A stretch of 32,667 nucleotides of DNA from a virus (Duplodnaviria > Caudoviricetes): positions 1 through 32,667 of IMG/VR virus record IMGVR_UViG_3300031229_000008. One strand, written 5' to 3'. The position numbers were made by a program, and so were the translations under genes. Shown here in pieces: positions 25,415 to 32,667 of this stretch (position 1 is its first letter; each line of letters begins with the position of its first letter). Under the pieces are notes generated by a model, which saw only the letters and a program-made list of their open reading frames with translations, was not told the DNA's origin and did no database searches.

Positions 25415-28400
25415 TGCGGCAGATGAACCAGGACATCTTCCGTAAGTGGACCCAGCTCGCCGCCACCGGCCAGATGGTCGGCAAGGACCGCCCGATCGGA
25501 CGGGTGTCGATCGCGGAGAACACCCAGAAGCAGGTGCACTCCAGCCGCCCAGGACCCTGGCGGCACGTGCAGTTCCAGAGCGCCGGCGAGATGGAGCTGC
25601 CGGGCGTGAAGTCGATCGAGATCGACCGCTCCATCGGCAACGACACTGCCACCTGCACCATCACCCTGTACAACGACGCGCCCACCGTGGACGTGGTCGA
25701 CACCGACTGGAACTTCGGTGACGGCCTGGCCAGCTGGCGCAACGGAACCGGTTTCGGTCGGCCCGGCTACCTGTCCCCGACTCGCGGCACCAGCCACACG
25801 CTGGCGAGCAACAGCATCTACAACAAGTTCCTGGACGAGCGAGGCGTCGACACCCAGGAGCAGGGCATCGTCGCGCGCTACCGGAACAGGTGGGGCTATG
25901 AGACCAACGAGTGGTACGGCAAGATCATCCCGAACCGGCTGATCCGCACCTTCCAGGGCTACGGCTCAGACAGCATGGACGACGACGGCAACCTGCTCCG
26001 CAAGGGCCAGACGGGATGGGTGCCCCCCTGGTCGGACACCAAGCTGGTGATCACCGGCACCTGGCTGATCGACACCGTGGAGCTGTCGACCGAGGGCATG
26101 GTGGTGCTCCAGTGCCGCGACCTGGGCAAGCTGCTGCTCGAGCAGGTGGTCTACCCGCCGATGCTCCCGCTGAGCCGCTTCCCGCTGATGTACTGCCCGG
26201 AGACGCCGAGCAAGGGCCGCAAGGGCGAGCGGAGCAAGAACCGGATCCACTACCACTCGGCGGCGGTCAACCTGCACGCCCGGTACCGCCCCAACGGCGT
26301 CTACGGGCACCGCCCGCAAAACGCCTTCGACGGCCGTCCAGGCACCTACTTCCTCGGCCACTCCTACAGCAGCCCCAGCGGGGGCTACTCCAAGGAGTGG
26401 ATCCAGGGCACCTGTCGCGGCAACAAGATCAACCAGATCGAGGTCGACACGGTAGGCGCCGGCTACGTCGTCTACGTCTCGGTGATGGAGCGCGGCCAGT
26501 GGAAGGGGGCCAACAGCATCCCCTACGACACCGGCGGGAGCCACTCCCACGGCGCCGGCATCCCCTACGTCGCCCGACACACCATGGGCAAGGCCTCGGC
26601 GGTCATCCGACTCCCCCGCACCTACGACGCCGGCCTGGTGCGGCTGACGTTCACGAACCTGCGCAACTTCGGGCTCGCCCCGCTGCCCTACCGAGTCGGG
26701 GTCCGCGCGATCCGGGCCCGCTACCAGCGCAAGAGCACCTTCAAGAAGGGCACGATGAACCGGCCCGGCCACATCAGCGACTGGTCCGAGGCGATCAAGG
26801 AGCTGGCCGGCTGGGCGGGGTTCACCTGGAAGACCGACATCGCCCTGCGAGGCGGCTCCAGCCCCACCCCACTCCGGCCCGATCCGCTGCTGGGGCGGCA
26901 ACGATCAAACGGACAGCCGTTGAGAATCTGGGGCGACATCGAGGACCTCGGCGCCGGCCCGATCGAGTGCACACCCAGCGACTTCTTCTTGAACAAGACG
27001 TTCATGGAGTGCTTCGTCGGGGAGACGCCCATTCAAACATCTGATGGCCTCATGCCGATCAAGGACGTCAAGGAAGGACAGCGGGTGCTCAACGCGGCCG
27101 GCCTCGGCACCGTGACCCACACCCGCTCGGTCCAGAAACGACGCCTGGTGAGAGTTGAGGTCGATGGCGAGGTCTTCCACTGCTCCGAGGAGCACCCCTT
27201 CTTCACAGCCCGAGGCTGGATCCCCGCCTCGGGACTCGTCAGAGGCGACCAGCTTGTCTCCCAGCGAGAGGCTGTGCATCTGGTGCAAGACGCCGCTACC
27301 CAAGGCGAACAGGCTGTATTGCGGGCACATCTGTCAGCAGAACTGGACCACCGAGCGGTTGACGAAGACGTGCCTGGTCTGCGGCGAGCCCTTCCGAGGC
27401 CAGAACTCGCAGGCGAAGTACTGCTCGAGGACCTGCACGTACGTTGGCAAGCGGAAGCCGCCTGTTCCACCGCGACGGTGCGAGGAATGCGGCAAGGAGT
27501 ACACGCCGAAAGCCTGGAGCGCCGAGGCGAGGTCCAGGTTCTGCTCCAACGGATGCAAGGCGCGGCAGACGAACCGGGGTCGGGCCGGGAAGGTGGCGAC
27601 CGGGCACTGGGCGAAGTTCGAGCACGGCGGGCTTCCGCATCCACAGTTCCTGCTCTGGCAGGCACTGGGCGCGAATCCGGTGGGCTGGTACGCCCAGTTC
27701 TGGATGACACCGCTTGGGGAGATTCCCGGGCGCATGTCCTTCACGGTGGACGTGGCGAACCCGGTGGAGAAGATCGCCGTCGAGGTGGACGGCCTGAGCC
27801 ATACCTACAACGCGACGACCGTGGTCCGGGACCGGCATCTGGAGGACTGGATGGTCGGGCAAGGGTGGACCGTGTTGAGATTCTCGAACCGGGAAGTCCT
27901 GGATGGGTTGCCGTCTGTGGTGACAGCGATCAGGTCACGTTGTACGACCTGACGGTCTCCGGACACCCGTCCTTCTCCATCGGCGAGGCGGGCCACCTCG
28001 TCCACAACTGCTGCAAGGCGATCGCGGACTTCCTCGGCTGCCTGTTCTTCATCGACGAGTACGGCGGGATCATCTTCCGGTTCCCCAACCTCTGGTCCGG
28101 CGGCAACTTCATGACCGACCCCGAGGGGCCGCTGACGGCGGTGCGAACCGACAGCCCGAGCGTCTACAGGCGCCGCCAGTGGCCCATCGAGCTCCACGAG
28201 AGCGCCAACCTGATCAACTACTCGGTCACCCTGGACGACTCCCAGGTCCGCTCCGAGGTGATGGTGGTGGGCACGAATCCGGACACCAACTCCAACGCCC
28301 AGCTGGCCGGCGGGATCCGACTGGTCGACACCAAGGACTACGCGCAGTCACGCACGGTCAACTTCACCGAGGTGCTCGCCGGCCAGCAGCGCATGTTCCT

Positions 28401-28785
28401 GGTGCCCGGCGAGCAGACCAAGGGGTTCACCACCCGCGAGGAGTGCCAGCGGATGGCCGAGCTGATTGGCGTCAAGATCCTCTGGTCCTACCGCAAGGGC
28501 ACCGCCACCATCCCCGGCCACCCAGGACTCCAGCTCGACGACCAGGTACGCATCTTCGAACGCATCTCGCACGAGAACAACTTCCACTACGTCTCCGGGA
28601 TCTCGTCTCGGATGGACGTCGAGACCGGCGAGTACCTGATGGATGTCACCACCCACTGGCTGGGCGGCAACCCGGACCGCGACTGGGTCCTGAAGCGGGT
28701 GCAGCTGACCAAGGCGGTCACGATGCTCCCGGCCATCATCCGGCGCCTCGGCAAGGCCAATCCCGGCGGGAAGGACATCAAATGA
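25414..28785 (+). CDS. tail hub / Tal-like minor tail protein, intein-containing (1123 aa precursor, 790 aa spliced)
   Basis: Post-Dit position; FFIDEYG and IPGHPGLQLDDQVRI hub motifs; discoidin-like PQNAFDG...EWIQ insert; intein at residues 533-865. Confidence 0.8.
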   Translation: MRQMNQDIFRKWTQLAATGQMVGKDRPIGRVSIAENTQKQVHSSRPGPWRHVQFQSAGEMELPGVKSIEIDRSIGNDTATCTITLYNDAPTVDVVDTDWNFGDGLASWRNGTGFGRPGYLSPTRGTSHTLASNSIYNKFLDERGVDTQEQGIVARYRNRWGYETNEWYGKIIPNRLIRTFQGYGSDSMDDDGNLLRKGQTGWVPPWSDTKLVITGTWLIDTVELSTEGMVVLQCRDLGKLLLEQVVYPPMLPLSRFPLMYCPETPSKGRKGERSKNRIHYHSAAVNLHARYRPNGVYGHRPQNAFDGRPGTYFLGHSYSSPSGGYSKEWIQGTCRGNKINQIEVDTVGAGYVVYVSVMERGQWKGANSIPYDTGGSHSHGAGIPYVARHTMGKASAVIRLPRTYDAGLVRLTFTNLRNFGLAPLPYRVGVRAIRARYQRKSTFKKGTMNRPGHISDWSEAIKELAGWAGFTWKTDIALRGGSSPTPLRPDPLLGRQRSNGQPLRIWGDIEDLGAGPIECTPSDFFLNKTFMECFVGETPIQTSDGLMPIKDVKEGQRVLNAAGLGTVTHTRSVQKRRLVRVEVDGEVFHCSEEHPFFTARGWIPASGLVRGDQLVSQREAVHLVQDAATQGEQAVLRAHLSAELDHRAVDEDVPGLRRALPRPELAGEVLLEDLHVRWQAEAACSTATVRGMRQGVHAESLERRGEVQVLLQRMQGAADEPGSGREGGDRALGEVRARRASASTVPALAGTGRESGGLVRPVLDDTAWGDSRAHVLHGGRGEPGGEDRRRGGRPEPYLQRDDRGPGPASGGLDGRARVDRVEILEPGSPGWVAVCGDSDQVTLYDLTVSGHPSFSIGEAGHLVHNCCKAIADFLGCLFFIDEYGGIIFRFPNLWSGGNFMTDPEGPLTAVRTDSPSVYRRRQWPIELHESANLINYSVTLDDSQVRSEVMVVGTNPDTNSNAQLAGGIRLVDTKDYAQSRTVNFTEVLAGQQRMFLVPGEQTKGFTTREECQRMAELIGVKILWSYRKGTATIPGHPGLQLDDQVRIFERISHENNFHYVSGISSRMDVETGEYLMDVTTHWLGGNPDRDWVLKRVQLTKAVTMLPAIIRRLGKANPGGKDIK
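27010..28008 (+). mobile_element. intein (333 aa, class-1 motifs)
   Basis: Block A CFVGETPIQTSDG; block B FHCSEEHPFFT..GW; block F TLYDLTVSGHPSF; block G LVHN followed by Cys+1. Confidence 0.95.
27254..27952 (+). CDS. zinc-finger repeat + DUF559/Vsr-like endonuclease nested in the +1 frame of the intein
   Basis: Three CxxC...(Y/F)CxxxC units, then LWQAL...VDVA...IAVEVDGLSH...RD...GWTVLRFSNREV. TTG 27254 has AGAGG 8 nt upstream; the ORF track starts it at 27155. Confidence 0.88.
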   Translation: MSPSERLCIWCKTPLPKANRLYCGHICQQNWTTERLTKTCLVCGEPFRGQNSQAKYCSRTCTYVGKRKPPVPPRRCEECGKEYTPKAWSAEARSRFCSNGCKARQTNRGRAGKVATGHWAKFEHGGLPHPQFLLWQALGANPVGWYAQFWMTPLGEIPGRMSFTVDVANPVEKIAVEVDGLSHTYNATTVVRDRHLEDWMVGQGWTVLRFSNREVLDGLPSVVTAIRSRCTT

Positions 28786-29183
28786 GCTACGGCAGCTATG
28801 GCGCACTGGAGCGGGTGGCCTCCCGCGACCGCGAGAACGCCGAGGCACAGGCCCGACCGGCCCGGGTCCGGTTCTTCGCCAGGACCCGGGGGGTCGGCGA
28901 GACCCGCCTGGAGGGCAAGCGGGGCATCACCTTCGGCGCGATCATGCTGGAGGAGCCGTCGTTCTCCTTCGGGGTGATCAACGAGGGCAACATGGCCGCC
29001 CAGGCCGCCCCCCTGGCCACCGCAACCGTGCTGCGTTGGAAGAGGCAGGGGCAGTTCTGGGTCGGCGCCGATCTGGTGTTCGTGGTGGATGGTCGGAGAC
29101 CGGACATCCGGCTGAAGTTCTCGATGACCTTCGAGGGCATCACCCTGCGCACCACCAACCCGCTGCGGGGGGCGGTCCGATGA
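28782..29183 (+). CDS. minor tail protein (133 aa)
   Basis: ATGA overlap with hub gene; real part of ORF 28179..29183. Confidence 0.7.
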   Translation: MSYGSYGALERVASRDRENAEAQARPARVRFFARTRGVGETRLEGKRGITFGAIMLEEPSFSFGVINEGNMAAQAAPLATATVLRWKRQGQFWVGADLVFVVDGRRPDIRLKFSMTFEGITLRTTNPLRGAVR

Positions 29184-29932
29184 GGCTCAACAAGCCCGTC
29201 GTGACGTATGAGTGGGGATTCGAGGACCTTTCTGACGGTCAGATCATCACGACGGTCCCTGTGGGCACGGTCGGGGTGCATCAGGCGGTATGGGATGCCC
29301 GGGGCTTGAGCGCTACGGCGTATGGGGTTCCTGCCGCGCGAAGCGGTCTGCTGGGGATGGGGTCGCACGAGCAGTACGGGAACGTCTGGTATCACGGTGT
29401 CGGATCCGCCTTGGGCGGGAAGGCCTCGGTGTGGCAGAAGATCGACATTCTCGGCTCTGGGTTCGATGGGCCGTCCAATCCCGTCCCCATGAACAGTGCG
29501 CTCATCGGCTCCAAGACGCCCGGTGAATCTGGTCAGACCGGCGTTGGCTACTTTGCCTACCGCCGTGACAACGGCAGTTTCGCTCTGGTCAAGGAGAGTC
29601 CCTCCTTCTCCTACACCGACTTCAGTGCCCCGACCGGGGTGTGGCTCAGGTACGAGACCGAGTACCTGCCCGACGGAACGGTGAACTTCACGGTGGAGGG
29701 CGAGGACGGGTCGTCCTACTTCACCCACACCTACAACCGTGGCATCACCCTCGACCCCGGTGAAGGCGAGCACCACTTCCGAGGCGTCGCCATGTACGGG
29801 GGCACCCACGGTTCCGGGTCCAGTCTGGTGTCCGACGACATGGTGTTGACGATGTACGCCCCCCCGATCGACAACCTCCTGGCCACCGGCGCCGGCCCAG
29901 GACCCGTCGTCTTCGCGGAAGGGGTGCGGTGA
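29180..29932 (+). CDS. minor tail protein, putative lectin-like beta-sandwich (250 aa)
   Basis: ATGA overlap; aromatic/Gly-rich; GVWLRYE...DDMVL pattern. Confidence 0.6.
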   Translation: MRLNKPVVTYEWGFEDLSDGQIITTVPVGTVGVHQAVWDARGLSATAYGVPAARSGLLGMGSHEQYGNVWYHGVGSALGGKASVWQKIDILGSGFDGPSNPVPMNSALIGSKTPGESGQTGVGYFAYRRDNGSFALVKESPSFSYTDFSAPTGVWLRYETEYLPDGTVNFTVEGEDGSSYFTHTYNRGITLDPGEGEHHFRGVAMYGGTHGSGSSLVSDDMVLTMYAPPIDNLLATGAGPGPVVFAEGVR

Positions 29933-30453
29933 TGGCCACGCCACGCCTAGAGGAGGCTATCGGCCCAGCACCGGGACTGATCATGTCGACCGACTATCTG
30001 AACATCTTGTCCGAGGACGCCTTCAGTGGCGACGAGTTGGACTTCATGGGCAGCCCGGTCATGGGCGATGTGGACGGGTCCCCCACCTTCTCGATGGAGC
30101 GTTGGGTGCGGATCGTCCTCGAACCCCCCTTTGTCGAGATCCAGGGCATCTGGTTCTGGGTTCCCAGCCTGGTCCCGCCGGCTGGGTGGGAGCTGCTCAT
30201 GGGGGTCGCCCCGACGTACCGCCAGCCGGTGGCCGCGCCCAGCGCAATCGCCACCACTCCGGTGCCGATAACCAGGCCGTCGGAACCGAACTTGAAGGGG
30301 TCCCTCCAGGGATCCGGTGAGCAGGTCACCGAATGGATCGTGTTGCAGGCGGTGGTGGACGCGGATGCGCCAACCGGACCGCTGCTGGGCTTCGATCCGG
30401 ACGGGCGGCCGAACCCGCTCCAGTACCAGCTGGACTGGGTTGAGATCGTCTAG
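29929..30453 (+). CDS. minor tail protein
   Basis: Overlapping start; FSMERWVRI motif; tail module position. Confidence 0.65.
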   Translation: MMATPRLEEAIGPAPGLIMSTDYLNILSEDAFSGDELDFMGSPVMGDVDGSPTFSMERWVRIVLEPPFVEIQGIWFWVPSLVPPAGWELLMGVAPTYRQPVAAPSAIATTPVPITRPSEPNLKGSLQGSGEQVTEWIVLQAVVDADAPTGPLLGFDPDGRPNPLQYQLDWVEIV

Positions 30454-30461
30454 GAGGAGAC

Positions 30462-30875
30462 GTGCCGGGCTCGAAGTCGAACTACCTCGAGAACAAGGTT
30501 CTCGACGGCGTGCTGGGTGGCCCGGCCCTCCCCCTCTCTGCGACCGTCTACCTCGCGCTGAGTACCGCCCTGTACGACGAGGCCGCTACCGGGTCGGCGA
30601 TGAGCGAGGTGGCCGGCGGGGGCTACGCCCGGGTCGCGGCGACGAACGACGCGACGAGCTGGCCGGCGGCGGCCAACAGTTCGAAGGCCAATGGTGTTGG
30701 CCTCACCCACCCGGCCGCCACGGCCGATTGGGGGACGGTGGTGTCGTTCTACATCGTCGACGCGGCCAGCGGCGGGAATGTGCTCTATGGCGGCGATCTC
30801 ACCACGAGCCGCACCATCGCCACGGGCGACACCGCCTCGTTCGCCGCCGGAGCGATCACGGTGACCGAGGACTGA
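30462..30875 (+). CDS. small virion structural / tail fibre-associated protein
   Basis: SNYLENKVLD...YLAL.T...EVAGGGYARV...WGTV...GGN.L family pattern; AGGAGG RBS. Confidence 0.8.
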   Translation: MPGSKSNYLENKVLDGVLGGPALPLSATVYLALSTALYDEAATGSAMSEVAGGGYARVAATNDATSWPAAANSSKANGVGLTHPAATADWGTVVSFYIVDAASGGNVLYGGDLTTSRTIATGDTASFAAGAITVTED

Positions 30876-30888
30876 GGGGGAACTGGAC

Positions 30889-31197
30889 ATGGATCTGAAC
30901 GCACTGACCGAGGCCGGCTTCAAGCAGGCCCTGACCGCCGAGCAGCGGGAGGCCAAGAACGCCGAGCTCGCCGAGTCGGAGCTGTCCCGGGGCGGGGAGT
31001 ACCGCATCGACTACGCCCTCACCCGCGACAAGGTGACGATCACGGTCGAGCAGAACACCGGCGCACAGAGCCGGGGCGACCTGGAGATGTCCATCAAGTA
31101 CCCCCCGGTCGCGGTGGTTGAGGGTCCTGGTGGACGCGTGGCCTGCTCTCCCGACAACACCGGGCTGCTGCTGCGCCTGGCCGACGAGCTGGGGTGA
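30889..31197 (+). CDS. hypothetical protein (102 aa)
   Basis: RBS-like GAGGGGG upstream; GC3 bias. Confidence 0.7.
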   Translation: MDLNALTEAGFKQALTAEQREAKNAELAESELSRGGEYRIDYALTRDKVTITVEQNTGAQSRGDLEMSIKYPPVAVVEGPGGRVACSPDNTGLLLRLADELG

Positions 31198-31308
31198 CCC
31201 AGGTTGTCCTACATCAACGTCTCCCCTGCCAAGCACTGTGTGGCGGGGACGGATGCCCGGATCCTTGCTGGCCAACTGTCCATCCACGCCCACTGACGGA
31301 GTTAGACC

Positions 31309-31734
31309 ATGACCATTCGCTTCTCTGTGACCGCTCGGAACGCCGGTTTGAACGCCTCGCTGGATCTCATGGACGCAGGCGCTGGTTCGGGAACGATCAA
31401 GATCTACACCGGTGCCCAGCCTGCCACTGCTGACACTGCACCGAGCGGCACCCTTCTCGCCACGTTCACCTGTGCCGATCCTGCGTTCGCTGCCCCAGTC
31501 GATGGCGCGAAGGATCTGGATGCCGACCCCGACCTGACCACCACGGCTGTGGACACGGGCACGGCGGGCTGGGCACGGTGTGCCGACTCGGATGGCAACC
31601 CGGTCATGGACGGGTCGGTGGGGACTGCGACGGGCGTGCCCGAGACGGAGCCCGACTTCATCATCAACTCCGCTGCGATCACCACCGGTCAGACCGTCAA
31701 CCTGCTCACTGGCACTGTTACTGACCCTGCCTGA
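31309..31734 (+). CDS. small virion structural protein
   Basis: RNA.L...IKIYTGAQP...GTLLA...GTAGWAR...DGSVG family pattern; GGAG RBS. Confidence 0.8.
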   Translation: MTIRFSVTARNAGLNASLDLMDAGAGSGTIKIYTGAQPATADTAPSGTLLATFTCADPAFAAPVDGAKDLDADPDLTTTAVDTGTAGWARCADSDGNPVMDGSVGTATGVPETEPDFIINSAAITTGQTVNLLTGTVTDPA

Positions 31735-31767
31735 CTCGGTGCGGTCTATACGGAAGGGCGGTGAGTG

Positions 31768-31863
31768 GTGACGTACTCGGATGAGGTTCTGGCTGACTCC
31801 CTGCTGCTCGGCGCTACTGGCCTGCTGGCTGGCCTCCCACTCCTAGCCACCGAGAGGGGGTGA
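31768..31863 (+). pseudogene. probable remnant of a LamG-like gene start
   Basis: gtgacgtactcggatgaggttctggctgactcc (MTYSDEVLADS) matches atgacgtaccagtctgaggttctggccgactct at 32540; degenerates after about 11 codons. Confidence 0.55.
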
Positions 31864-31867
31864 CCCG

Positions 31868-32667
31868 ATGGCCCATGTCCTGCTGGTGACGAACAGCACC
31901 GCCCATTCTTCCGCGACACGCGCCAAGGCCGCCCTTGAGAACGAGGGGCACACGGTCGCACTGCAGGCCGAGTCCGGTCTCGGGGCGGCGTCCCTGACGG
32001 GCGTGGACGTGATCGCCCTCGTTTTCGAGACACGCACCACAGTGGCCCCCTGGGTTTCGGCTCGCTGGGCCGAGGGGTACCCGGTCCTGTTCGGCGGCCT
32101 GGATGCTGGAACCTTCAGCGGGGCATTAACGGACACCGCTAAGGACGTGGGGATTCTCAACACCCCCAAGACGCTCAGCCACACCTCCGGCCCCGAGTCC
32201 CCCGACATGAACCTGACGGCAACCCATGCCATCACCACGGGGTTCTCTGGCGTCGTCACGGTGATGGCGGGTTCCAACTGGTCGGTGCGGGACACCGGCA
32301 TGCCCTACGGGACGGCGCTGGCCGACATTGGTGGCGCGACGCCCCCCGCCACTCCCGGCAGGTACCTCACCGCCGTCGAGTCCGGTGACGCGATCAACGG
32401 ATCCGCGACCAACGCCCCGGGCTCGACCGCACCTGCCCGGGCCGTGTTCTGTGGCTGGTTCTATGCGGGGGCGACCGACTACACCGCTGACGGCAAGAAC
32501 ATCCTTGGACAGGCTGTCGACTGGCTGGCCGACGCGCCGATGACGTACCAGTCTGAGGTTCTGGCCGACTCTCCGCTTGCGTACTGGCGTTTGGGTGATG
32601 CGTCCGGAACGACCATGGCGGATTCATCCGGTAATTCCCGTCCCGGCATCTACTCGGGATCCCCGAC
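31868..32667 (+). CDS. 3'-truncated tail protein: alpha/beta N-terminal domain fused to the start of a LamG-like domain
   Basis: Open frame from ATG 31868 (GAGG RBS) to the window end; ...GKNILGQAVDWLA then MTYQSEVLADSPLAYWRLGDASGTTMADSSGN. Confidence 0.8.
   Translation, partial: MAHVLLVTNSTAHSSATRAKAALENEGHTVALQAESGLGAASLTGVDVIALVFETRTTVAPWVSARWAEGYPVLFGGLDAGTFSGALTDTAKDVGILNTPKTLSHTSGPESPDMNLTATHAITTGFSGVVTVMAGSNWSVRDTGMPYGTALADIGGATPPATPGRYLTAVESGDAINGSATNAPGSTAPARAVFCGWFYAGATDYTADGKNILGQAVDWLADAPMTYQSEVLADSPLAYWRLGDASGTTMADSSGNSRPGIYSGSP

Noticed and set aside
25911-27044. 377-aa alternative-frame ORF inside the hub gene
   Set aside because: Arg/Pro/Gly-rich shadow with no domain, unlike the nested nuclease ORF.
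28179-28781. N-terminal extension of ORF 28179..29183
   Set aside because: Overlaps the hub gene out of frame; the coupled ATG at 28782 is the plausible start.
31194-31433. Cys-rich 79-aa ORF
   Set aside because: Overlaps the well-supported 31309 gene by 125 nt and has weak codon bias; cannot be supported.

Overview
GC-rich window read almost entirely on the + strand. It is the virion-morphogenesis region of a siphovirus-type phage or prophage, probably with an actinobacterial host (inferred from GC content, a GPGG-motif membrane protein and gene style). Gene order: fibre/accessory virion genes (1-3750), prohead protease, small ORFs, M15-type endolysin, scaffold, decoration protein, major capsid, a secreted moron, head-tail connectors, major tail, tail chaperone with a -1 frameshift, a free-standing LAGLIDADG gene, a 2674-aa tape measure, distal tail, tail hub and minor tail genes. 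The main finding is a 333-aa intein (27010-28008) in the tail hub gene. Its own frame has no endonuclease, but a zinc-finger + DUF559/Vsr-like endonuclease is fully nested in the +1 frame. Other notable items: a LAGLIDADG gene that duplicates the tape-measure start, a repeated 24-nt intergenic motif (candidate late promoter, often with leaderless starts), a rod-shaped candidate ncRNA, and chained N-/C-terminal motifs in the fibre genes. All calls come from motif recognition by eye and synteny; no searches were run.
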